A stretch of 61,523 bases of DNA, counting the filler. It is 12 parts of 12 records of this genome, joined end to end, with 100 filler letters (N's around TTAATTAATTAA, not from the genome) between each part and the next. Parts side by side here need not be neighbours in the genome. Positions count along the whole stretch, not along the records: positions 1 to 3,602 come from SRR7504441_3223; positions 3,703 to 7,173 come from SRR7504441_3229; positions 7,274 to 13,985 come from SRR7504441_3230; 9 more parts are not named here. One strand, written 5' to 3'. The position numbers were made by a program, and so were the translations under genes. Of this stretch, positions 1 through 11,414 are shown one piece after another (positions within the stretch are counted from its first letter, which is position 1; each line of letters begins with the position of its first letter). Below the pieces are notes generated by a model. It made no database searches. It had not been told where the DNA came from and was given only the letters and a program-made list of their open reading frames with translations.

Positions 1-188
1 ATCAACGGAACTAAATCAACTAAATACACGTACCGACCGGTGTTAAGTAGAAATCCTAATAATCGAATTGACAGTTTTACTGTTCAAAGCCCACTTCTGG
101 CCCACTTCCCACGTTATTTTCAGTCTACCGCCTTTCTTATAGCTAGCTCTGACCAAAAGCAAAAGTAACTAATTGGAAGGGACGGATA

Positions 189-1010
189 TTAAGGCGATAG
201 GGTGCCAGCGCTCTGTGCCTCGCTAGGCGGCTGGTACACGCCAAAATGCGTATAACTCGCCTGCCCCATTGTAGCCATCTGCCGGAGCCCGACAAACCCT
301 CCCCCCAGCGGCGGGCCGGGCCCGTTGTCCGTCCACCTCAGCTCCTCGGCGCCGTCGACATTAACCACCAACTCCTCACCGATCCGGGCTACACTCACCT
401 CAAACGCTTTGCCGTCCCTCGGCGCCCGATGGATGATCAAATCGTCGCCCTGCTGGACCAGGTGGAATCCAGGATTCTTCCGCAGATTGGAAGCGCAGTG
501 TCCTGTACTTGGGTTTCTGTCACAGGTGCCATTACCAGCCCGGTAGTAGGAATCAGAGTAGCAGCTGAGGGCGCCCGAGTGGTAATTCACATAGTCCCCA
601 TTCCGAGCCGGCAGCGACAGCCCGAAAATAGAACTCTCGCTGCCGTTAAGCGGCATAGTGCTCAGGAACGCAATCGCCAGCCCCACCGACGTGTTCTGCG
701 GCATCACGCCGAACCGCACCTCTGCCTGGGCCGGGAACGGCCTATTGGCCCACAGCACTGCGTGCGCCCCCCTGTTTGCCACCACCATCCGGCCGCCGGC
801 GGTATAGGCCACGGATTTGTTTTGCTGGGACTCGAGCACCCAGTCGGTCTCCGGCAGCCGCAGTCTCTTGCCCGTGCGCGGGGCGACCAGGTCAGCCTCA
901 AAGGTGAGGTCGAGCCGGGGCGTCGAGAAGTTTGCGGACCACACCGCCGGCCCGGCCGGGGAGCCCCCCGCGAGCCCCAGAGCCAGCAACCAGCCCAGCC
1001 GGAGCACCAT
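189..1010 (-). CDS. Secreted YesU/DUF1961-like (concanavalin-fold) protein, intronless
   Basis: 273-aa ORF with a hydrophobic signal peptide. Motifs HAVLWANRPFP, NLRKNPGFHLVQQGDD and GGFVGLRQM resemble the bacterial YesU/DUF1961 family. Confidence 0.7.
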   Translation of the reverse strand: MVLRLGWLLALGLAGGSPAGPAVWSANFSTPRLDLTFEADLVAPRTGKRLRLPETDWVLESQQNKSVAYTAGGRMVVANRGAHAVLWANRPFPAQAEVRFGVMPQNTSVGLAIAFLSTMPLNGSESSIFGLSLPARNGDYVNYHSGALSCYSDSYYRAGNGTCDRNPSTGHCASNLRKNPGFHLVQQGDDLIIHRAPRDGKAFEVSVARIGEELVVNVDGAEELRWTDNGPGPPLGGGFVGLRQMATMGQASYTHFGVYQPPSEAQSAGTLSP

Positions 1011-1058
1011 GCGATTTCAGTTATTCGCCGTTAGCGACCGTTAGCGATCTCGCAAGCA

Positions 1059-3557
1059 ATGGCCAACAAGACGTCTGTTGTCGGCGGGGTGCCAGGGGAC
1101 GGGTGGCCCCGGGTCCAGCGGTCGGGGCAGGGCCAGTTCAGGGTCACAACGGCCGGCCAGCCCCGGGGGGATTGCCTGGTCTCCCGCCTCGCGGGCCCGC
1201 TCACCACCGGGGCTCAGCTGTTGTTAGAGGCGCGCCCGCCCGATGCCGACCCACCCCCTCCTACAGACATCTGCGTGGTGGTGCCCAGCCCAGGCCCGCG
1301 CCCCGGGCCAGCCTGAGGCCAGCTGGACTTGTCGACTAGCATGGCAGCGCCGTGCGGCCGCAGCGGGCCCTCCCAAGCCGCTGCAGTGCTGTCGGCGGTA
1401 CGTCACTCCGTGCGCCCGGTGACGGCTCGGCCAGCTGCGCGGGATGCTGCCAATGCTCGGGCCGTCCGACCGGTTCGGGTTGGTGGGACGTCACGCCCGC
1501 CCGATTAGGAAGGCGGCCGCAGGTGAGTTTCGAGGCCGAGGCGGCTGTTCAGCTCGAGATGGGTCCGATGGACGCTGACGGCCAAGACCGGGCAGACCGG
1601 CTAGTGCGCCCGGTGCCCTGGCGGCGGGGCGAGCCCGGGCAGCTCGATGACCTCGGGCCTGGATCTGGCGGCGGCTGCCGGTCCGGTGAAGCCAGCTCAG
1701 TGATCACCCGGATGAGCGAGCGCAGGTCTCTGGGATGGCTTGCAGACCGGACTGGCGATGCTCCGAGACCAGCCGGACCACCGGCCGGCCGGCCAGTTCA
1801 TCTTGCTAATAAGCGGCTCGCGGGCGGTGGACCTGGCGGCTCCCGTCAGCCAGGAGCAGCTATCAGACTTGGCACTCTCTCAGGTGGCGCTCATCCCACT
1901 GGTGGGGCGTGATGAGAGGTCAGCACGTGCAACGGCAATTGCGGAGGCTGCACCATACAGGGCCCCGCCCGACCCATCGGAGCGCTGTGGTCAGCACCTT
2001 TGGGTGTGAATAGACTGTGCGTGTGCAAACATGGAGAGGCAGGTTCGACGGTGCTAACTCTGCAGAGCTGGCCAAGATCGCTACATTTTGCGGGGGTGCG
2101 CCCGCACCGGCCGCAGTTAGGGGTGGATCGAGGCTGTGCAGGCACCTACTCTTGCATGCCGGATGTGAGCTCGGTGAGTACGGGTTGGCAGTGGGCTGAC
2201 GGGAGGCAGGTGTGTGATGCGCTGAGTCACGGTCTGGGCGCGGCGCTTTGCCACTGGGGCCACGTAGAATTTGGGATCGAGACCCAAGGCGAGTTCAGTG
2301 TCACAGAGGTCCATCCATGTTCATATGACGGCTTGCAGCCCGGCCAGGTCTGGGAGCCCCGTGCTGACATGGCAGGGTTTGGGTGGGCACCTCTCATCAA
2401 AGATCAGTTGCGGCCCGTCTCACAACCGGTGGCGGTGCCCTCGGCAGTTGGGCTCTACTCACGGCCGGGGTTAGCTTGGGAGTATCCGGTTGAGGCGTGG
2501 GCATACCAGCAAACTGGTCGTCAAGGCGAGCTGGCTGTGTTATTAATGTTGTTAACAATCCGGTCAACTGACAGATCCGAGGCCAAAGCTTTGACTATCC
2601 ATTCTGCTGCGCCGGCTGGTCAGATTCGGAGACCCTCCCGTACCTCGGACAGGCATGCGACTTTCACGGCCGGCGTGAGACTTTTGCAGGCCTCTGCTAC
2701 TTTCATCTCGCCTTCCGGCAGTGCGACTCCAGCCTCTGCTGTGGCTCCGGTCGCCGTCGGTAAACCGCTCTCACGCACGGCGCTCCGAGTGCGTCGATTC
2801 CCGTAGAAAGCAGTTGATTCCAACGGACAGGTCAGCACGGCCTTCCGCCGTTTTGAGTTGATTGAAGCCCTTGTGGCTGTGCTCCAAGCGGCGACTAGAG
2901 GCGACTTTGGCCAGGTGAAAGCGTCTGAAATTAGGCTAATCGGTCTGCGACAGGCTCAGGAGGAGATCGCCAAGCGTGAGAATCCGAGAGTCGAGTGTCG
3001 CATGAGGGACGCGTCCCGCTTCTGGGCAGATCTGAGCGCCAAAGTCTCCCCGGTGCGTTGAGACTTTGCTCGCCGCGATTGAAGCGCTTTATTCTGCACA
3101 GGCGGTTGACTCGCATGCTAGTTTCGCAAGGTGGCCGTCCAAGGCTGAGCCCTACTCACAGCTCTGGGCAGCTGGGGGGAGCAGTACCTGCGTTCGTTGC
3201 TCACTGCGCATGCGCGCGAGCAGGTGGGGCGCCGGATATCTCGGTATGACGGTGAGCTCGGGGGACAGTGTACGGACAGCACCGATCCCGGGATTCAAGA
3301 TTACAAGAGCGCTCCGACCCGGTGCCTAGTGGAACGAGCGGCCGCGTTGTGCCGTGAGGTGCCCGAGGTGCAGTCGTGGCTGCTTTTTCAATGGGGTCGC
3401 GAGAGGCCAGGGAGACCTGCTGCGAATGAACAAGGCATCAATCATGGCTGAGCCCGGCGCGGGATGCCACCTTGTTCCTTGCATTCATGTACTCGTAGTC
3501 ATAAGATTCATCGTTCGAAAGTTCTCTCATTTATTCATTAAAGATAACATATTCTGA
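1059..3557 (+). CDS. VWA + Vwaint domain protein, multi-intron (3' end uncertain: 3451 or 3557)
   Basis: Removing ~40-nt GT-AG introns gives PPPTDICVV|LDLSTSM (MIDAS DxSxS), DRFGL|VSFEAEA, VVSTFG|FDGANSAELAKIATFCG|GTYSCMPD and a Vwaint-like WGEQYLRSLLTAHAREQ|CTDSTDPGIQDY. Confidence 0.7.
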
Positions 3558-3602
3558 TAGAAATGCAAGCCTAATCGAGCCCGAAGCGACCGCGCGAAGC
3601 TC

Positions 3603-3702
3603 NNNNNNNNNNNNNNNNNNNNNNNNNNNNNNNNNNNNNNNNNNNNTTAATTAATTAANNNNNNNNNNNNNNNNNNNNNNNNNNNNNNNNNNNNNNNNNN
3701 NN
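3603..3702. other. Artificial contig spacer (N44-TTAATTAATTAA-N44)
   Basis: 100-nt N run with an all-frame stop cassette; the same spacer recurs 11 times. Confidence 0.98.
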
Positions 3703-3845
3703 GGTGTCGTCGTGGTACATGCGCTGGACCGCACCCTTGTTTATCATGTGAGCCATGTCGGACTGCTCTTCGGTGAGTTCCCGCCGGGGTTTGAATACTG
3801 GGAGTCGGCACTGAGTCCGTTGCCGGCTGCCAAGTCGGTGAAGAG

Positions 3846-5141
<1,296 letters not shown>

Positions 5142-5512
5142 CGACAATTGATCAAAGTAGACACAGATATTAATAATGACAGTTCTAACATTACATACTC
5201 GTATGGTGGATCAAAGCTTCCAAGATATGTAAAGTATAAATTGGTCTCGAGGTCCTTTCTGATTACTTTCTGATGCCAATGGCCGGGCGCTCCAAACAGG
5301 TCTGTAACAGAAAACCTGTCGGCGTACGTACGTACTAGTATGCATGTTCACGTAATGTTCACGAGCGTTCATGGGCAACGAAAACCGGGCCGGGCGCAAG
5401 TGCACGTTACATTAATCACGCATGATCACGAAGTCTCTATCTATAAGTGAATTGTTGTTACATTAAATCTCAGATCTATCTCGTCGACAAATTAGAGATC
5501 CGGACGACTGTT

Positions 5513-7173
5513 TCATTTCTTGGTCGGTCGGATCAGCATTGGAATCTTCAACTCTTGCTTAGCTTCACAAGCCTCCATTTGAGTTAGGAACACTTCCACT
5601 TTCGCTGCATTGGTTAGGTATTGCTCGCAGTATGGCTCTTTGGACAGGGCCTTAAGTGCACACATGGCGAGTGCATCAACATATTCAGGAAACTGGAAGA
5701 GAAGCTGCTTCTTGGCCTTCTGCACCTGGCCTTTCTTCCTACCCAACCGCGTCTCTACGTTATTGTTCACGCACACAGAGCGGAAAACCTCGGCCAACTC
5801 AGGCTTTGACAGCCACATCGGAAATATCCGGAAGTCGCGGGCAAACTTCATAAACGCCTCCATTGTCATGTACCGATAGTGCAGCACCGTATGCCCGGTG
5901 CGGAGCTTGGCGTACTGGTCAAATATCAGCCGCAGAGGCTTCTCGGCCCGTCTGAACAAAATCAGAGTCTCTCTGTCGGCTTCGGGCTCCTGGATGGGCT
6001 CCGCAGTGCATGAGGCGTTGATATACACGTTATCGCGGAGCATCTCGCGGACAGCCTCTTCCAGTGAGGTGACGTCCGTCTTCACCCTCGGGGCGATCAT
6101 CACCAGACCCTCCAGGAACGCGTCAAAGTTCATGTAAGCCTCAAGCACAGACGCAGGCCCTTTCCGCTCTTCTCTCATTTGCTCGTGTTTGACCGCCTGG
6201 GCGTAGATCACATCAACATCCGCCGGTGTGACTGCATTGCCGATCAGCCCACGCTCGTTCTTCTCACCCTCCCGAGGGGTGATGAACCCACACTGCCTGC
6301 AGAACATCCTAAATTGGTCATTCCGCATTGTCTCCATGCTCGAACTCTCGTTGAACGCGGCATAGAAATGAAATATCTGCTTGAGCCGCTCCCGGGTGTC
6401 GTCCTCGTCAAATACAGACATAGACGGCTCGTAATCCGCCTCCTCGTCCTCGTCGAACAGCGGAGCTATCCAGCGCCGCAGCGACTGGCCGCTTGAAAGC
6501 GAATTCTCGACTCTCCTCGATCCCTCCGAGCCGACCATCAGCACCAGCAGCCGCGACATCTTATCCTCCGAGGTGAGCTGCATCTCACCATATGGGTGCC
6601 GCGCGTATCCGATCATGGCGATCGCTTCGAGCGTGAGAATGAACTCGGGGTACTCAATCAACAGCTCCGAGGTGCTCTCGACTCCGATGGTGGCCTTGGT
6701 CACGTCGGCACACTCGGACATTGAGATCAGCGTGAGCACCCTAAAGTCCCGCACGAACCGTCTGAAGTCTAAGTACGACACCCTGTCATGCGGCAGCGAC
6801 ATCAGCGCGTAATACTGAAACACCTGCCGACCGCCAAATCAGCCCCCTGCGCGGCCGGCCAGCCCAGACCTCCTGAAGGTAGCCCTCGCTCCGCAGCAGC
6901 ACCTCGTACACCTCCTCGTCAACCGTCTCCAGCCGGTAGTAAGCATCGTCCTGGTCCAGCTCTTGGTCCAGTTGCCCCTCCCCCAGCCGCGCATCGTCGT
7001 CGTAGCCCCCAGCCCCGGTCTCCTGCGGATCCGGCTGGTACTGCGGCGCTGTCTGTGTGGCGTAGTCCTCGGTCGGCTCCGGCGGCTCCGCGCTCCCAGC
7101 GTTCTGCTGGGCTGAGCCTGGGTGGAGCACCAGGATGCTCCCGTGTATCAGCTCCAGCGAGGCCACGCTGTCG
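5513..7173 (-). CDS. Protein with repeated EF-hand-like/TPPP(p25-alpha)-like modules, possibly 5'-partial
   Basis: ORFs 6786-7166 and 5513-6823 join through a GT-AG intron. Three repeats of type IFxxY...MxxxxFxxFxRDF...FxEF/Y; includes QFRMFCRQCG...TPADVDVIY...MNFDAFLEGL. Confidence 0.6.
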
Positions 7174-7273
7174 NNNNNNNNNNNNNNNNNNNNNNNNNNN
7201 NNNNNNNNNNNNNNNNNTTAATTAATTAANNNNNNNNNNNNNNNNNNNNNNNNNNNNNNNNNNNNNNNNNNNN
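7174..7273. other. Artificial contig spacer
   Basis: N44-TTAATTAATTAA-N44. Confidence 0.98.
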
Positions 7274-10200
7274 TGTGGTGTTCCATCAGAACAGAGTGAG
7301 CAGGTGAAGCCGGTCGAGCCTGCTCTGAGCTGGGACAGCCAATTCTCGAGCGAGCTTGACCGTACGCCGTTCACGTGGAACATGTGCGGCTGCTCCACAG
7401 GCGAGGACGAGTGCCCAGCAGAGGAGCAGTTCTGCAGCCAGCTCACGGCCAGCTGGACCGACGACTATACCCCCAGCCTGTTTGGCAGCAGCTTCTCCGG
7501 CACCGGCGGGATATGGGTGCCGCTTGTTGGCCGGCGCGCCACCTGAGCCGTCGGTGTCAGCCGGGCGGGTACCCTGTTGATGGCTACTACGCAATGATAC
7601 CACATCTGGCCTCTCGGGTCTTTCAATACACTGCTGTGTGATGCCGTGACCCTCTGGCCTGTCAGGGCACATGCAATGACGTGGTGCGCTCGATCTTTAA
7701 TGAGGACAGCCCATGGATTGTGCAGAAGGACAGGCAAACGCTCGAAGTGGACATGATGGTAGTGCTGAGCCACAAGGTCTGGCTGTGCACCGCTGCGCTG
7801 ACAGTGCTGAGCATACAGGGATTCGACGAGCGAGAGAATGTAACCCCTTTCAGAGTGTATTTCGAGTTTGCTAGGACCGGGGGCGTGTTGCCTGGGTACT
7901 GAACACTGGCTGCTTTGGTTGAGAGAAAGGACAGATACACATATGGCCACTACGTGTCCACTAATCTTGTGGTTCTGATCCTGGTCTATTTGATCTTCCT
8001 CGGATTTCTCTACAACTCGCTCCGTAGAGCTCAAAAGGCAGGCCAGCATCACTGCTGTCAATGACTTTTGAGTGCAGGAGAAGGCTGTGTTCTTCAGCGA
8101 TGTTTGGAACTATGTCGACATGATCAACTACATCATGTTCATTGTCAGCATTGTCTACTACATCCTGTGACCCTGCACATCTGCCCAGCCCCAAACAGCG
8201 ATTTTCAGGTTTCGTGTGTGTGGAGACAACCTCACAAAAGTCAACACACAGTGTCCAACCAGTGTGCTGAATGAAGATTACTTTGCTGATCCTCTTGGCG
8301 ACGACCAGTACAAGAAGATCAACTTATTCTTTGCACTGCTGGATGCGTCGGACATCTATGCCACGGTCTTTGGGATCAATTGCATGTGAATTGTTCCAGC
8401 TGAGCTGCAAAGTGAGTGTGCATGCTGCAGCTTCATGTCAATCAAGATGCTTCGATACTTTTACTTCATTCCATTCCTCACGCTTGGAATCTACACGCTG
8501 GTAGATTGTTGCCGGCTTGTCTTTGCATTTGTGATATTGGTGGGCATCTATCACACCAGTTTCTCGATCATGATCTATGTCATGTTCTATGACAAAGCCT
8601 ATGTTTTCTCGACATTTGGCCGGACTTATGCTCAGCTTCTGTTCATTGTGCTCAAGTCTATAGAGGCGTGGTCTCCCATCAATGATCTCAAAGAGCCCTA
8701 CCGCTCGATCGGCCTGGTCATGATTGGTACGTGATCGGCTTTAGACCCATACTTACCATGTGTGATAGGAATTTACGTGTTCTTCATGATCTATATCATG
8801 CTCAACATCTTTATTGCCATGGTGTTGATCTCCTATGCGAGAGTCCGGCCAAACTTCAGGAACGACTTTGTAGATAATGTGATCCTAATGTGGCGTGACT
8901 TCAGAGACAAGGTGTGGATGCCCCTGAGCGTGCGTTTGTTGAGTCAAGTTGATGGATCAGGTGCATACCTGTGGCGAGTTTGGCATGTACATGCGCGGTG
9001 TGATCCTTAAGAACGATTCAAACTTCTACTTTTTGGAGTACGATCGCAAGAAGGCAGGGGAGGACGATGTAGGGGCTGACAGTGGCAAGGCGGACATTCT
9101 GTCCGAAACCATCTCCATGCAGCGCAACCCACTTGGAAAGGAGGAAGAGGAGCCTTTGACCCCCAGGGCCGATGTGAAAACGCAACCATCAGCCACCACC
9201 AGTGATGAGGTTAAATTTGAGCATGGGGCAGCTGATCTGATCGATCAAAATCGAGGGCTACTCTCGTTGATGGAATCTGAGCTGCTCAAGCGTGATCAGG
9301 ATCTTCAGCTGAATCAGGCCCGAATAGAAAATACACTAGCCCACACACAACACTTCATGGATGCGGTTGGGATGCAGTTTACGACACTGGAACGGTCAAC
9401 ACTGACAGCTAGCCAAATCCTTGCCAAGATGCCCTCTACGCATCGAGAGATCGCGGATTGCTCCAAGCGCATCATTGCTAGTCTGATGTTACTGCAGGGT
9501 GGTGACCCCGGAGGTATAGTGCATGGTAGAAATGCGACCTCGAGAGGAGCTCCAAGGGGCAGAACGGATTCTCAAGCCAATCCCCTGTTCCGAGGAATGG
9601 ACCCAAACATTGCAGGTATTCGCTTGACCCACAGACCCTGGTGTTGAGCCGTCTGCTGTTTGTTCAGATGATGATACCACCGTGACCGAGCATCCCAACC
9701 TGCGGACCCAGTCCAGCAATGGGCTCTCCAACTTCCTCAACTCCGACACGGCTGATCGCCCAAGGCAGAGGAGGAGGCCAGCTACTGCCTATGACCCTGG
9801 TCCTGTACCTGCACCACTCTACGCCGACATTATAGAGGATACTGAAATGAGCGATCTGAGCCAGTCTTCAATGCGCAGCTCGAACGCTAAGACAGACATC
9901 AGCCGCTGGCTTCGCGATCGCTCTGAACATGGTGCTGCGGCTGCTCTTGTTCAGGTGCCAGCCGAGGCTGGTTCGAGCAGCAGGAGAATGCCTGGCAAGA
10001 AGAAGAAGCATCGAGACAGAGCCGGTACAAACCAGGACGCAGCACGCAGAGTCAATCCCGTCAATGCCGGCGAGCGGCCAATGGATGGCGAAACTGCCTC
10101 GGAAATCACTGAAACTCAGAGCTCTGCCCCAAGAGCAAAGTCCAAGAGAAGAGTTTCGCGACCCAACCCAGCCCGCAGAGCGGAGCCTGCGAGCCCAGAT

Positions 10201-10473
10201 CATGACAGCACGGTTGGTGCTGTGCCTAGAGATCCGCCGGCGAGGCAGTCCAGGACTTCCAGCCCGAGTAGACGAGCCTCCCCCCAGGATTCGAGTGAGC
10301 TCTGGCAAGGGAACGAGATTGAGGTTGTTGACATGGCACCCGGTGTAGAACCCAAACTCTCCAAAAGGAAGACCAGACGCAAGTCTAGATCTTCGCGTGA
10401 AGAGCCTAGCTATAGCAGACAAATGAGCAACGACGACGGTCGGGTCGATGAGAGCCAAATATTGCGCCTGTGA
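7274..10473 (+). CDS. Polycystin-2 (PKD2/TRPP)-like channel, 5'-partial, multi-intron
   Basis: Spliced exons give FEFARTGGV, FFSDVWNYVDMINY, SIKMLRYF, FSTFGRTY and YIMLNIFIAMVLISY (TRPP S6-like), then a coiled coil and a long disordered tail. Stop at 10473. Confidence 0.75.
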
Positions 10474-10740
10474 TGATTAAACAGTTAACTGCCTCACATC
10501 GATCATCGGATCATTCATGACAACAAAATTAAATGCGTTCCTACCCGGTAGTACGAGTATAGTGTAACTACAGTGTAACTAGGTAGCAGCTAGGTAGCTC
10601 AAACATACTCAAACACGAAAATCCCAGGTAGATCTACCAGGTAGTTACGTACCAGGCAGTATGTGCCGAGGGGCAGGACTTTGCACTCGCAGCAGGACTC
10701 CTCCTGTATTCACACCGAATTCGGTTGCGTGTGCTGAGCA

Positions 10741-11325
10741 CTACAAGTCGTTGCGTCTGACTGCCACTGCGGCCGCCACGCGCTTTCCGAGTGCTTGGCC
10801 CGCCGCTATGAACGGAGGAGCCAACGCCGAACCGTTGAAGGGAGGTGTGCCAGTCACGGCGACCGCTCCGTAGGAATCGTACCCGGATCGCGTGGGTGCG
10901 GGCGTGATGCACTGGATCCGGAAGGAGGCCAGCGAGCGCTGCAGCGCCGCCACCACGTGCTCCAGTCCCTGGGCTAGCCCACCGCCAGTGGCAAACGCGG
11001 CTCCGAGCTTGCCTTCCAGCCGACCGTCCTCCCAGAACGGCTCCCAGGCAGTCTCGAACCAGGCCTGCATCTGGGAGGACGGGTTGCCGTAGTGCACCGG
11101 CGAGCCGACCACCACAGCGTCCGCCCACTCGAGCACGTCAGCCTCCACACGCACCTGCCCGATCGGCAGCAACCGGACGACCGCGCCGGCCTGCTCAGCC
11201 CCGCGGGCGATCGCGCCGGCCAGCTGCTCGGTCTTGTTGGTGCGCGAATGGTACGACACCAGCACGTTGCCCGCGTCCGCGCAGCCAGCCAGCAGCACGG
11301 CCAGCAGCAGGACTCTCGTCGGCAT
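10741..11325 (-). CDS. wrbA: WrbA-like flavodoxin / NAD(P)H:quinone oxidoreductase with signal peptide, intronless
   Basis: Motifs YHSRTNKTEQLA (FMN loop), ADAVVVGSPVHYGN, GKLGAAFATGGG, YGAVA and ALGKRVA. Confidence 0.8.
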   Translation of the reverse strand: MPTRVLLLAVLLAGCADAGNVLVSYHSRTNKTEQLAGAIARGAEQAGAVVRLLPIGQVRVEADVLEWADAVVVGSPVHYGNPSSQMQAWFETAWEPFWEDGRLEGKLGAAFATGGGLAQGLEHVVAALQRSLASFRIQCITPAPTRSGYDSYGAVAVTGTPPFNGSALAPPFIAAGQALGKRVAAAVAVRRNDL

Positions 11326-11414
11326 GTCTCACCAACCTTTTTTTTTTTCGCGAAAAGGAAGGTCTCATCAGCAAGTGCTGGGGTGCAGAGGACCCCGGGC
11401 GAGGCAGAGAGGCG

